DNA of 64,000 bases from Blastocatellia bacterium (GCA_046331565.1 JAXLQP010000007.1:97634-161633); one strand, 5' to 3'. Counted from the stretch's first letter, positions 1-10,172 are shown. Program-made: numbers and translations. Notes: generated by a model not told the origin, from the letters alone.

Positions 1-291
1 CCGGGTGCCCGGAGTTCTGTTCTTCCGGTTCGCCTGCCTTTGTCGCTGACCTGAGGCCCGCACTCGCTGATACCGCCTCGCTTCAGGATCGCAGTCCACC
101 ACACGTTTCTTTCTGACCGGCCTGTGCCGCGAGTGATTGTCCGCTGCGGCCTGGCGCACCCGTAACCATCTTTGCAATCCAGCCTGTTGTCGGGCCGGGT
201 CAACACCAGTTGATGACCTCTGACCGGCAACCGCTCCGCCCGCAGGCGGAAAACTCACAACTCACGACTTGAAGGAAAGGATTCACCATCT

Positions 292-1227
292 ATGAAGAAG
301 CCCGTCATCTTTTCGCTGACGATGACCCTGCTGTGTATGCTGGCCGCTTATCACACTGTCCGCACCCAGAGTCCGGGGTCAGAAGCCGCTCAGATCATCA
401 GGCACCGGATCAATATGGCGCTCGGTTTTGCGCCGACTCCCGGCTCAACCGGCTCGGTGACGCCAAAAATTGTCTACCACAACGGGCCGGTGATCGGCAC
501 GCCGGTGATTTATTACATCTGGTACGGCAACTGGAATCAGACGAACGGCACCGACACGGCTTCAGGACAGCAGATTCTGCGCGACCTGGCCAATACCATT
601 GGCGGTTCGCCGCATTTTCAGATCAACACGACTTACAGCATTACCGGCACCTCGATTACCGGCAATGTCACGTTCGGCGGCGAAACGACTGACAGCTATT
701 CGCAGGGCAGTTCGCTCAGCGATGCCGGCGTGCAGACGGTCGTCAACAACGCGATCAATGCCGGTCGCCTGCCCTACAACGCGAACGGAATCTATTTTGT
801 GCTGAGTTCATCAGACGTGGCCGAATCATCCGGCTTCTGTTCGCAGTATTGCGGCTGGCACACCACCGGCACGCTGACCAGGGGCAAGGTGCGCTGGTCG
901 TTTGTCGGCAATGCGGCCCGCTGCATCAACGCCTGCGCGGCGCAGACCGTCGGGCCGAATGGCAACGCGGGTGTGGACGGCATGGCTTCAGTGCTGGTGC
1001 ATGAACTGGAAGAAGCCACGACTGATCCTGATCTGAACGCCTGGTATGACCGCCGGGGGTCTGAAAATGCCGACAAGTGCGCCTGGACTTTCGGACAGAA
1101 CATGAAAACGACCTCGTCCGGCGCTTATTACAATATGACGCTCGGTTCGCGGAACTTCCTGATTCAGCGCAACCTGAAACACACCTCCACGAGCGACACC
1201 TGCAACGTGAATATGACGCAGCAGTAA
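292..1227 (+). CDS. EXORDIUM/phosphate-induced protein 1 (Phi-1)-like secreted protein, paralog 1
   Basis: N-terminal hydrophobic signal. Motifs YHNGPVI..IYYIWYG, NGIYFVLSSSDV..GFC..YCGWH, VGNA..C..AC and PNGNAGVDGM..HELEEATTDP match the plant Phi-1/EXO family as I recall it. RBS GAAAGGA upstream. Confidence 0.8.
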   Translation: MKKPVIFSLTMTLLCMLAAYHTVRTQSPGSEAAQIIRHRINMALGFAPTPGSTGSVTPKIVYHNGPVIGTPVIYYIWYGNWNQTNGTDTASGQQILRDLANTIGGSPHFQINTTYSITGTSITGNVTFGGETTDSYSQGSSLSDAGVQTVVNNAINAGRLPYNANGIYFVLSSSDVAESSGFCSQYCGWHTTGTLTRGKVRWSFVGNAARCINACAAQTVGPNGNAGVDGMASVLVHELEEATTDPDLNAWYDRRGSENADKCAWTFGQNMKTTSSGAYYNMTLGSRNFLIQRNLKHTSTSDTCNVNMTQQ

Positions 1228-1245
1228 ATCCCGATTTGATGAACA

Positions 1246-1275
1246 GCCCTGACCGGCAGGCGCGTCGGTCAGGGC
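1246..1275 (+). terminator. Stem-loop between the two Phi-1-like genes (possible terminator or stabiliser)
   Basis: GCCCTGACCG (1246-1255) pairs with CGGTCAGGGC (1266-1275), followed by ATTTCGTCTGTT. Confidence 0.5.
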
Positions 1276-1392
1276 ATTTCGTCTGTTGAAATCATCTCGA
1301 CCCAGCCGGCACACAAGACGCTGCCTGACTGCTGCTGAAGCTTACAGGCGAACAAAACGAAACCCGACAACTTACAGAAAGGATTCACCAGT

Positions 1393-2358
1393 ATGAAAAA
1401 GTCTCTGCTCTTTTCGCTGGCTCTGACGCTGCTGTGTACTCTGGTTGTTTACCGCACTGCCCGCACCCAGAGTCCGGGATCAGAAGTCGTTGAGATTATC
1501 CAGCATCGCATCAACATGCGACTTGGCTTTGCGCCGACCGCAGGCGGCACCGGAGTCGTCACGCCGCCGATCAATTACGGCGGCGGCAAACTGATCGGCA
1601 CGCCGGTGATCTATTACATCTGGTATGGCAACTGGAACCAGAACAACGGCGCTGACACGACGGGTGGTCAGCAGATTCTGCGCGACTTTGCGCGCACGAT
1701 TGGCGGCTCGGCGCATTTTCAGATCAACACGACTTACAACGCTGGCGGCTACACAATCACCGGCAATGTCAGTTTTGGCGGCGAGACGACTGACAACTAT
1801 TCGCTCGGCAAACGGCTCAATGATTCCGGCGTGCAGACGGTCGTCAAAAATGCAATCAACAACGGCAAGCTGCCGTATGACGCCAACGGCGTTTACTTTG
1901 TGCTGACCTCGTCGGATGTGGCTGAAAGCTCCGGCTTCTGCCGCATCTATTGCGGCTGGCACACCTCAGCGACGGTGACTCTGAGCGGCACGGGCAAACT
2001 CGTGCGCTATTCCTACGTGGGCAATGCGGCCAAATGCCTGAGCGCCTGCGCCGCACAAACGACGGGGCCAAACGGCAATGCCGGAGTGGACGCGATGGTT
2101 TCGATCATCACGCACGAACTCGAAGAAGCCACGACTGATCCTGATCCGCGTTCCGGCTGGACTGACAGCAGCGGTGCAGAGAACGCCGACAAGTGCGCCT
2201 GGACTTTCGGGCAGAATCAGTTGCAGACCTCAACCGGCGCTTATTACAACGTCACGCTTGGCGTCGGCACCAGCATGCAGCGGAATTACCTGATTCAGCG
2301 CAACCTGAAACACTCATCTTCCGGCGACACCTGCAACGTTGACCTGTCGCATCAGTAA
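1393..2358 (+). CDS. EXORDIUM/Phi-1-like secreted protein, paralog 2
   Basis: Clear paralog of 292-1227, with the same motifs (IYYIWYGNW, HELEEATTDPD, ENADKCAWTFG, LIQRN) and the same GAAAGGATTCACCA leader before ATG. Confidence 0.8.
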   Translation: MKKSLLFSLALTLLCTLVVYRTARTQSPGSEVVEIIQHRINMRLGFAPTAGGTGVVTPPINYGGGKLIGTPVIYYIWYGNWNQNNGADTTGGQQILRDFARTIGGSAHFQINTTYNAGGYTITGNVSFGGETTDNYSLGKRLNDSGVQTVVKNAINNGKLPYDANGVYFVLTSSDVAESSGFCRIYCGWHTSATVTLSGTGKLVRYSYVGNAAKCLSACAAQTTGPNGNAGVDAMVSIITHELEEATTDPDPRSGWTDSSGAENADKCAWTFGQNQLQTSTGAYYNVTLGVGTSMQRNYLIQRNLKHSSSGDTCNVDLSHQ

Positions 2359-2393
2359 ACCTGCGGTGAAACCGAAACAGGCTTTCCCGATTC

Positions 2394-2430
2394 AAAGCCG
2401 CTGCCCGGATTCATTTCCGGCAGCGGCTTT
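2394..2430 (+). terminator. Rho-independent terminator
   Basis: AAAGCCGCTGCC...GGCAGCGGCTTT GC-rich stem with T tail, about 35 nt after the stop at 2358. Confidence 0.75.
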
Positions 2431-2537
2431 GTGCTGACGCTGGCAACGCTGCGGCTGATTCGCTATCATCGCGCTCCTGTTTACCGCTGCTCATGAACGC
2501 TTCAGCAAACGACTCAGGCTCCGGGTGATTCACGATC

Positions 2538-4748
2538 ATGAACTGTCGCTTCAGCAGACCATCCCTTCATCTCATTCTGTTGCTGGTGTTCGCGGCTTTG
2601 TGCTGTCTGCCGATTGCGGCTGATGACAGAATGATGAAGCTGCCTGTTTTTACCAGAGCCGCTGAAAAATCTGACTGGCTGCTCGGCAAAGTCACGACGC
2701 GGGCGCAGGTCTGGCGCAATCAGCAGGGCACTGAACTCATTCTGAGCAATGGCCTGACAGCCCGCACGATTCGCCTCGCGCCGAATGCCGCGACGGTGGC
2801 TTTTGACAACCTGGTGACTGGTGAATCGCTCGTGCGCGCCGTCGCACCCGAAGCCGTGCTGGAAATCAACGGTAAGAATTATGCCGTCGGCGGGCTGACC
2901 GGACAGCCGAATCTCGCTTACCTGCTGCCCGAATGGGTTGAAGCGATGAAGGCTGATCCGCGCTCATTTCAGTTTGAGCGCTTCGAGATCGGACAACCTG
3001 ACGCGCGCATGCAGTGGCCGCGCGTCCGACACTCAGCACAGACCGCGTGGCCGCCTGCCGGAGTAAAGCTGACGTTGTGGTTTGCGCCGCCGAAGGAACT
3101 GCCTGCCGGTTTGCGCGTCGCGGTGCATTACGAACTTTATGACGGCCTGCCGCTGCTCGGTAAATGGCTCACCGTTCACAACGGCAGTCAGCAATCAGTC
3201 AGGCTCAACACTTTCAGAGTTGAAGTGCTGCGCCTGGTCGAAACGGAATCGCACGTTGAGTTCAGCCCCGAATGGCTCAGGCCGAATCTGACGGTCGTGA
3301 CCGATTACACTTTCGGCGGCATGTCGCAGACCAATTCAAACCGCACGGTTTACCTGGAGGCCGACCCTGATTACAAAACGCAGGTCAATTACGATCTGAA
3401 AACGCCCTGCCTGCTCGAAGTCAGGCCGCCGCTGGGGCCTGACGCTGACATTGCTGCCGGAACCGTGTTTGCGACGTTTCGCGCCTTTGAGCTGATGCAC
3501 GACGACACCGACCGCGAGCGGCACGGGCTGGCCGAAAGAAAAATGTACCGGACGCTGGCGCCCTGGACGACTGAAAATCCGGTGATGATGCACCTCACTT
3601 CGACTGATCCGCAGGTGGTTTATCCCGCGCTCGATCAGGCTGCGGAATGCGGCTTTGAAATGGTCATCATCAGCTTCGGCAGCGGCTTCAAAATGGAAGA
3701 CACTGCTGACGCGAACATCGCAAAGTTTCGCGCCTTTCGTGAATACGCGGCAAAAAAGGGAATCGAACTCGGCGGTTATTCGCTGCTGGCGAGCCGTCAC
3801 ATCAGCGATGAAGACGATGTCATCAATCCGAAAACAGGGCGGCCCGGCGAGGCGATTTATGGCCATTCGCCGTGTCTGGAAAGCGCGTGGGGCCACCAGT
3901 ATTTCGCGCAGCTCAAAAAATTCATCACTGAAACCGGCTTCAATCTGCTCGAACACGACGGCAGCTATCCGGGCGATGTGTGCGCTTCGACAAAGCATCC
4001 TGGTCATCGCGGGCTGAACGATTCGCAATGGAATCAGTATCAGCGCATCGCTGAATTTTATCGGTGGTGCCGCGAGCGCGGAGTTTATCTGAACGTGCCG
4101 GACAGTTATTTTCTGGCCGGGTCGAACAAGACCGGCATGGGTTACCGCGAAACCAACTGGTCGCTGCCCCGCGAGCAGCAGCACGTGCACACGCGCCAGA
4201 ATTTATTTGACGGCACGTGGCAGAAAACTCCGTCAATGGGCTGGATGTTTGTCCCGCTGGTGCAATATCAGGGCGGCGGCGCGGCAGCGACGATTGAACC
4301 GCTGCGCGAACATCTGACCGATTACGAAATGCACCTCGCCAATAATTTCGGTTATGGCGCGCAGGCGTGCTGGCGCGGCCCGCGACTTTACGACAGCCCC
4401 GAAACAAAGGCGGTGGTCAGCAAATGGGTGCAGTGGTTCAAAAAGCACCGTGACATTCTGGAATCGGATGTGATTCATGTCCGTCGCGCCGATGGCCGCA
4501 ACCTGGACTGCATTCTGCACGTCAATCCGGCGCTGCCGGTCAAAGGCCTGGCGATGGTTTACAATCCGACCGACCGCGAACTGGAACAGGAAATCACGCT
4601 GCCGCTTTATTACACCGGCCTTGATCGTGAGGCTCAGGTGGCCGAACAGGACAGGCCGGCGGCGAGGATGAAGCTGGATCGTGAATATCGCATCACGATT
4701 CGTCCGAAGGTTGCCGCCAGGTCGCAGACGTGGTTTGTCATTCGCTGA
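2538..4748 (+). CDS. Secreted glycoside hydrolase, alpha-galactosidase-like (clan GH-D-like TIM barrel)
   Basis: 736 aa with signal peptide, an N-terminal beta-rich domain, a LLEHDGSYPGD segment resembling the GH27/36 nucleophile region and a C-terminal beta domain. Family assignment is from recall only. Confidence 0.55.
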   Translation: MNCRFSRPSLHLILLLVFAALCCLPIAADDRMMKLPVFTRAAEKSDWLLGKVTTRAQVWRNQQGTELILSNGLTARTIRLAPNAATVAFDNLVTGESLVRAVAPEAVLEINGKNYAVGGLTGQPNLAYLLPEWVEAMKADPRSFQFERFEIGQPDARMQWPRVRHSAQTAWPPAGVKLTLWFAPPKELPAGLRVAVHYELYDGLPLLGKWLTVHNGSQQSVRLNTFRVEVLRLVETESHVEFSPEWLRPNLTVVTDYTFGGMSQTNSNRTVYLEADPDYKTQVNYDLKTPCLLEVRPPLGPDADIAAGTVFATFRAFELMHDDTDRERHGLAERKMYRTLAPWTTENPVMMHLTSTDPQVVYPALDQAAECGFEMVIISFGSGFKMEDTADANIAKFRAFREYAAKKGIELGGYSLLASRHISDEDDVINPKTGRPGEAIYGHSPCLESAWGHQYFAQLKKFITETGFNLLEHDGSYPGDVCASTKHPGHRGLNDSQWNQYQRIAEFYRWCRERGVYLNVPDSYFLAGSNKTGMGYRETNWSLPREQQHVHTRQNLFDGTWQKTPSMGWMFVPLVQYQGGGAAATIEPLREHLTDYEMHLANNFGYGAQACWRGPRLYDSPETKAVVSKWVQWFKKHRDILESDVIHVRRADGRNLDCILHVNPALPVKGLAMVYNPTDRELEQEITLPLYYTGLDREAQVAEQDRPAARMKLDREYRITIRPKVAARSQTWFVIR

Positions 4749-4772
4749 AGGCGGCACGCAACGGAGGAGCAG

Positions 4773-5165
4773 ATGGCTGAAAGACAGCACTATTCATCAG
4801 GCACGAAATGGGAGCCGATAGTTGGTTATTCGCGCGCCATTCGCATCGGCAGCCAGGTCTTTGTGACCGGCACGACCGCGACGAATGAACAGGGCGAAAT
4901 CGTCGGCGTCGGTGACGCTTACGCACAGACGGTGCAGGTGATTCGCAATATTGAAAAGGCCCTGAACGCGCTCGGCGCAACGCTGAATGATGTAGTTCGC
5001 ACGCGCCTGTTCGTCACCGACATTTCGCGCTGGGAAGAATACGGACGGGCGCACGGTGAATTCTTCCGCGACATCAGGCCCTGCGCCACGATGGTCGAAT
5101 GCAGCCGCCTGATTGACGCCCGAATGCTGATTGAAATCGAAGCAGATGCTGTTATCAGTGGTTAG
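4773..5165 (+). CDS. RidA/YjgF/UK114 family protein
   Basis: [14 protein letters not shown]...FVTGTTA...[11 protein letters not shown]...[12 protein letters not shown]...[19 protein letters not shown] upstream. Confidence 0.9.
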   Translation: MAERQHYSSGTKWEPIVGYSRAIRIGSQVFVTGTTATNEQGEIVGVGDAYAQTVQVIRNIEKALNALGATLNDVVRTRLFVTDISRWEEYGRAHGEFFRDIRPCATMVECSRLIDARMLIEIEADAVISG

Positions 5166-5255
5166 TGGTTAGTGGTCAGTGGTTAGTGAAGAGTACGAGT
5201 AATCATCGGCCTCTCCACTTTCCACTAACCACTAACCACCAGCCACTAACCACTA
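5157..5255. repeat. Inverted pair of heptamer tandem arrays, (AGTGGTT)n ... (CCACTAA)n
   Basis: Four AGTGGT[T/C] units at 5157-5184, then a spacer, then CCACTAA CCACTAA CCACCAG CCACTAA CCACTA at 5222-5255. Confidence 0.9.
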
Positions 5256-5262
5256 TCCCGCT

Positions 5263-6303
5263 ATGTTACTTTCAGAATTCATTCGCCGGATGCCGAAGGT
5301 TGAACTGCACGTTCACCTGGAGGGTTCGATTCAGCCGGAAACGCTGCTGGAACTGGCGCGGCGCAATCAGGTTGAACTGCCCGCGCAGACGGTTGAGGGC
5401 TTGCGCGAATGGTATCGGTTCCGCGACTTCGCGCACTTTATTGAAGTTTACATTGCCATCAGCCGGTGCATCTGCACGCCGGACGATCTGGAACTGATTG
5501 CGCAGGAATTTCTGCGCGGGCAGGCGGCGCAGAACATTCGTTACAGCGAAGTCACCTTTACGCCTTACACTCATTACGCCTTCAACCGGCACATTGAGTT
5601 TGCCGATCAACTGGCTGCAATCAACCGTGCGCGGGCGTGGGCTGAACGCGAACTCGGTGTGACGATGGGGCTGGTGACCGACATTGCGCGCAACGTGCAG
5701 CCGGTCGCACACGGGCTGCTGGTGGCTGAATGGGCGATCAGCGGAAAGGATCAGGGCATCGTGGCCTTCGGCCTGGGCGGGCCTGAAATCGGTTATCCGC
5801 CGGAATTGTTTGCTGAAGCGTTTGCCCGCGCCCGCGCTGCCGGATTGCCCGGCGTGCCGCACGCAGGCGAAACGGTCGGCCCTGAAAGTATGTGGGGCGC
5901 AATTGATTCACTACAGGCCGTGCGCCTTGGTCACGGCGTGCGTTGTCTTGAAGACGCGAAGCTGGTTGAAACGTTGCGCGAGCGTCAGATTCCGCTCGAA
6001 GTCTGCCCGACGAGTAACATCTGTCTCGGCGTGTTTCCGTCGCTTGAACTGCATCCGCTGCCGCGACTGCTTGAGGCCGGGCTGTATGTGACGATCAATT
6101 CCGATGACCCGCCGATGTTCAATACGACGCTGACCGATGAATACCTGAAGATTGCCGATGCGTTCGGTTTCGACCAGCAGACGATTGAACAACTCGTGAT
6201 GAACGGCGTGCGCGCTGCGCTGCTGCCCGCTGAACGCAAAGCTGAAATGGAACAGCAGTTCCGAACTGAACTGGACAGTTTGCAGCGCGAACTTTTCAGT
6301 TAG
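5263..6303 (+). CDS. add: Adenosine deaminase
   Basis: PKVELHVHLEGS, HAGE, RLGHGV, LEVCPTSN and TINSDDP metal-dependent deaminase motifs. Confidence 0.9.
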   Translation: MLLSEFIRRMPKVELHVHLEGSIQPETLLELARRNQVELPAQTVEGLREWYRFRDFAHFIEVYIAISRCICTPDDLELIAQEFLRGQAAQNIRYSEVTFTPYTHYAFNRHIEFADQLAAINRARAWAERELGVTMGLVTDIARNVQPVAHGLLVAEWAISGKDQGIVAFGLGGPEIGYPPELFAEAFARARAAGLPGVPHAGETVGPESMWGAIDSLQAVRLGHGVRCLEDAKLVETLRERQIPLEVCPTSNICLGVFPSLELHPLPRLLEAGLYVTINSDDPPMFNTTLTDEYLKIADAFGFDQQTIEQLVMNGVRAALLPAERKAEMEQQFRTELDSLQRELFS

Positions 6304-6338
6304 CTCAGATTTCAGATCAGTGCACGCGAGCCGCAAGC

Positions 6339-6451
6339 GTTGCGCGATTTGCCAGAATCGCGCCGCATCCGCTATCAGTTCGTTACGTAAGCCGCGCGAT
6401 ACTGGCAAATCGCGCAACACTTTTTGAAGCGATTCTGGCAAATCGCGCAAC
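6339..6451. repeat. REP-like palindromic element, three copies of GCGAT[T/A]CTGGCAAATCGCGCAAC
   Basis: One inverted copy at 6339-6361 and direct copies at 6396-6418 and 6429-6451. The same element occurs at 17411-17491. Confidence 0.85.
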
Positions 6452-6474
6452 ATTTTTTGAAAGAGAATTACCAC

Positions 6475-8802
6475 TTGAATCAGGCTGTCATTATTCGTTG
6501 TTTTAGCTGTCTTGCCCTGCTGATCGTCTGCCTGGTTGCGCCGCTTCGTGCGCGGGCAGAGGACGGAAAAGGCAGCGATCCGGTTGACCCGAAGCCAAGT
6601 CTGGCGCTGCCGAAGGTTGAGCGCGCGCCGACGCTCGAAGACTTTCTGGAGATGAAACCGGGCGGCGAATTTGAAGGCCGCCTGTCAAAGGCTGAAGGAT
6701 TTATTCAGCAGCGCCCGAAGGACGGCGAACCGGCTTCGCAGCGCACTGAGGCTTATTTCTGTTACGACGACAAAAACCTTTACGTCATATGGCTGTGCTT
6801 CGACACCGAACCCGAAAAGATCAGGGCGCGGATGGAACGGCGCGAGAATGCCTTTGATGATGACTGGGTTGAAATCACACTTGATACTTTTCGTGATCAG
6901 CGGCGCGGTTACGTGTTCTGGTCGAATCCGCTTGGCGTGCAGGCCGAAGCGATCTGGTCTGAAGATGCACAGGGCGGGCGGCAGCAGGGGCCGGACTTTT
7001 CCTTTGATACGGTCTGGTATTCGCGGGGTAAAGTGACCGACAAGGGCTATGTGGTCTGGATGCAGATTCCATTCAAGAGCCTGCGCTTTTCGAGCGCCTC
7101 GCCGCAATCGTGGGGAATGACGCTGCTGCGCGTGATTCCGCACGCAAGCAATGAATGGTCATACTGGCCGCGCGTGTCGAGTCGCGTGCAGGGGCGGCTG
7201 ACGCAGGCCGCCACTGTGACCGATCTCAATAACATTTCGCCGGGCCGCAATATTCAACTCATTCCTTACGGTTCGTTTCGTTCATTTCGCGCACTGGATG
7301 AACGCGACGCTGCCCGCCCGCGCTTTGTCAGCGACCGCGAATTTGATGGCGGCGTGGATGCCAAAATTGCATTGAAGGAAAACCTGGTGCTGGATGTCAC
7401 GGTCAATCCTGATTTCGCGCAGGTCGAATCGGATGAACCGCAGGTGACAGTCAATCAGCGGTTTGAAGTTTTCTTTCCTGAAAAGCGCCCGTTCTTTCTG
7501 GAAAATTCCGATTTCTTTCGCACGCCGATCAATCTGGTCTTTACGCGGCGCATTGCCGACCCGCAGTTCGGGGCGCGACTGACGGGCAAACTCGGTCGTT
7601 ATTCGCTTGGCGTGATGGCGATTGATGATCAGTCGCCGGGGCGCAGCGTGCTGCCGGGCGATGCGCTGTTCGGCAAACGCGCCATGTTCGGCATCGTGCG
7701 CGTCAACCGCGACATTCTGAAACAATCGTCAATCGGATTTATTTACACCGACCGCGAACTGGCGGGCAGTCATAATCGCGTCGGCGGCATTGACGGGCGC
7801 TTCCGGCTCAATTCCAACTGGGTGGCGCGCTTTCAGGCCGTGACGAGCGTGACAACGGAAGCTGATGGCAGCCGCCTCGCAGGCCCGGCCTATGATTTCA
7901 GCCTTGAACGCAGCGGGCGCAAGTTTCAGTACAACTTTCAATACAACGACCGCAGCCCCGGCTTTCGCGCGCTGACCGGATTCATTCCGCGCACCGATAT
8001 TCGTCACCTTCAGTCCACGATCAATTATCGCTTCCGGCCCGAAGGCCGGATTCTGACTTCGTGGGGGCCAAGGTTTAATCAGGAAGTGAACTTCGATCAC
8101 AGCGGTACGCGGCTGGACTGGTTTGTGACGCACGCGCTCAATTTTGAATTTACCGGACGCACGCAGGTCAGCGTCTTTCAGGGCGACAACCGTGAGCGAT
8201 TGCGCCCGCAGGATTTTTCAGGGCTGACGCGCAGCCTGGATTTTTCAAGTCCCTTCAGAGGCCTGGTGCTGAGTTCGTCCTATCTGCCGCAGGCGACGGT
8301 GCAGGCCGAATTATTTATTTATCCGGGCATCAACTTTGCGCCGCCCGCAGGCCGCGAACCGTTTCTGACCAATCGCTCGAATCTGAATCTGACGCTGACG
8401 CTGCGCCCGCTCAGGCCGCTGCGCGTGGACAATACTTACATTCTGTCGCGGGCTGTTGATCGTCCGACCGGAGCGAATATTTTCAATAACCATATCATCC
8501 GCTCGAAATTCAACTGGCAGTTCAGCCGTGAACTCTCGTTGCGCACCATCGTGCAATACAGCGCCGTGCTGGCCAATCCGTCGCTGACTTCCTTACAGAC
8601 GACGAAAAACTTCAATGCTGATTTTCTGGTGGCGTGGCAGCTCAATCCGGGCACGGCGCTCTATGTTGGTTACAACAGCAACCTGCAAAATCTCGATCTG
8701 ATTCAGACGCCGCTCGGCGCTGACATTACGCGTTACCCGAATCGCTTCATCAATGACGGAAAGCAGTTATTCATCAAACTGTCGTGGCTGTTCAGGCTGT
8801 AG
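6475..8802 (+). CDS. Outer-membrane protein with CBM9-like N-domain and DUF5916 beta-barrel
   Basis: Signal peptide, LDVTVNPDFAQVESD...FFPEKRPFFLEN motif and C-terminal FIKLSWLFRL beta signal. The ORF-track start (6424) lies inside a repeat, so TTG at 6475 is preferred. Confidence 0.75.
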   Translation: MNQAVIIRCFSCLALLIVCLVAPLRARAEDGKGSDPVDPKPSLALPKVERAPTLEDFLEMKPGGEFEGRLSKAEGFIQQRPKDGEPASQRTEAYFCYDDKNLYVIWLCFDTEPEKIRARMERRENAFDDDWVEITLDTFRDQRRGYVFWSNPLGVQAEAIWSEDAQGGRQQGPDFSFDTVWYSRGKVTDKGYVVWMQIPFKSLRFSSASPQSWGMTLLRVIPHASNEWSYWPRVSSRVQGRLTQAATVTDLNNISPGRNIQLIPYGSFRSFRALDERDAARPRFVSDREFDGGVDAKIALKENLVLDVTVNPDFAQVESDEPQVTVNQRFEVFFPEKRPFFLENSDFFRTPINLVFTRRIADPQFGARLTGKLGRYSLGVMAIDDQSPGRSVLPGDALFGKRAMFGIVRVNRDILKQSSIGFIYTDRELAGSHNRVGGIDGRFRLNSNWVARFQAVTSVTTEADGSRLAGPAYDFSLERSGRKFQYNFQYNDRSPGFRALTGFIPRTDIRHLQSTINYRFRPEGRILTSWGPRFNQEVNFDHSGTRLDWFVTHALNFEFTGRTQVSVFQGDNRERLRPQDFSGLTRSLDFSSPFRGLVLSSSYLPQATVQAELFIYPGINFAPPAGREPFLTNRSNLNLTLTLRPLRPLRVDNTYILSRAVDRPTGANIFNNHIIRSKFNWQFSRELSLRTIVQYSAVLANPSLTSLQTTKNFNADFLVAWQLNPGTALYVGYNSNLQNLDLIQTPLGADITRYPNRFINDGKQLFIKLSWLFRL

Positions 8803-8814
8803 TGGTAATTCAAA

Positions 8815-8952
8815 ACCAGCCACGAATGAACACAAATTGAAACGCAGCAAACAAGGAACGCAGGCGTCCCGCCTGCATGGTTTCAATCAAAGCGCCTTTT
8901 GCGGAAGTCATGCAGGCGGGACGCCTGCTCTCCTTGTTCACGTTCCTTGTTT
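8815..8952. repeat. Composite intergenic repeat: CACGAATGAACAC half-element plus a REP-like inverted repeat
   Basis: ACCAGCCACGAATGAACAC at 8815 is identical to 58491. A perfect 19-bp inverted repeat CAGGCGTCCCGCCTGCATG (8861-8879 / 8909-8927) has outer arms AAACAAGGAACG / CGTTCCTTGTTT. Confidence 0.8.
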
Positions 8953-8999
8953 TTGTGGCCTGAATAATAGTCGAACATTTTCTGAAGGAGGCTGACTGG

Positions 9000-10172
9000 A
9001 TGAAATCGCAATTGCGTGTGGCCCTGTGTTTACTGGTTGTTTTGCTGATGACGGTGAGTGTGGCGGCACAGACACTCAATGTCGAACGGCTGGCGGCGGA
9101 ACTGGAACCTGAAATCAGGCGGACGATGCAGGAAGGCAACATTCCGTCCTGCACGGTGGCGCTGGTGGCGGGTGATCGCATCATCTGGACGGGAGCTTAT
9201 GGTTACTCGAACGTGCGCGCCCAGGTTCCGGCAAAGACTGACACGGTCTATCTGATCGGCTCGACTTTCAAGGCCATGTCAACCGTCGCGCTGCTGCAAC
9301 TGATGGAGCAGGGCCGCTTCAAGCTTGATGATCCGGTCAGCCGCTATCTGACCGACTTCAAAATTCAGGGCGAAGACCCGCAGCAGCCTGTCACCTTTCG
9401 CCACCTGCTGACGCACACTTCGGGAATGCCTGCTGACTTCGGGCCGTTTCCGTTGTGGGGCGACCAGGCGCCGCCGAAGCTTGAGGATTATCTGAGCAGT
9501 TCGCTCAGAGTCACCGATGCGCCGCTCAAAAAGGTCGTCTATTCAAATATGGCCTATTCGCTCATCGGCTATCTGGTGCAGAAACTTTCCGGCGTGCCGT
9601 ACCGGCAGTACGTGCAGGAACATCTGTTCACGCCGCTGGAAATGAACAGCACTGTCTTTGCGATCACGCCTGAGATGGAAGAGCGGTTGTCAATTCCTTA
9701 TGTCTTTGACGCGGCGACAAAGAAACAGGTGCCGACGCAGCGGCTGCGCGCGGCAGTGTGGCCGGCGGGTCTGGTTTACGGCACTGTGACCGATCAGGCC
9801 AACTGGCTGATTGCGAATCTCAACAGCGGCACTTTCAAGGGACGGCAACTGCTCAGCGCCGAAACGCACAATCAGATGCTGACGAAGCAGTACCCGCAAT
9901 TCAAAGGGCCAATCGAAGAGTTGTGGGGTGGCGAACAGGCGGGCTTCGGGCTGACGTGGTGGGTTGAGGACAGAAACGGCGAACGGTTTTTCGCGCACAG
10001 CGGCAGCGTGCCTGGTTACACGGCCTTTCTGCTCGGCAATCGTGACCAGAAACTCGGCTTTGCCATTCTGACCAATGGCAACCGCGCGCACAAACACCTG
10101 ATTAAACTGGCCGACAAAGCGGTTGAGCTGCTCAGAGCGCATAAACAAAAGGCCGCCGCTTCAGGCCGGTGA
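9000..10172 (+). CDS. Serine hydrolase, beta-lactamase class C/AmpC-like family, secreted
   Basis: Signal peptide, SxxK (IGSTFK), LLTHTSG, YSN and HSG motifs. Confidence 0.9.
   Translation: MKSQLRVALCLLVVLLMTVSVAAQTLNVERLAAELEPEIRRTMQEGNIPSCTVALVAGDRIIWTGAYGYSNVRAQVPAKTDTVYLIGSTFKAMSTVALLQLMEQGRFKLDDPVSRYLTDFKIQGEDPQQPVTFRHLLTHTSGMPADFGPFPLWGDQAPPKLEDYLSSSLRVTDAPLKKVVYSNMAYSLIGYLVQKLSGVPYRQYVQEHLFTPLEMNSTVFAITPEMEERLSIPYVFDAATKKQVPTQRLRAAVWPAGLVYGTVTDQANWLIANLNSGTFKGRQLLSAETHNQMLTKQYPQFKGPIEELWGGEQAGFGLTWWVEDRNGERFFAHSGSVPGYTAFLLGNRDQKLGFAILTNGNRAHKHLIKLADKAVELLRAHKQKAAASGR

Noticed and set aside
1-291. Riboswitch or ncRNA upstream of the first Phi-1-like gene
   Set aside because: Only a short CCGCC-CGCA-GGCGG hairpin is visible. 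I recognised no riboswitch consensus, and the upstream context is cut by the window edge.
9000-10172. Bona fide antibiotic-resistance beta-lactamase
   Set aside because: SxxK/YxN/HSG marks the broad serine-hydrolase family. The KTG triad of true AmpC enzymes is absent and there is no resistance context.
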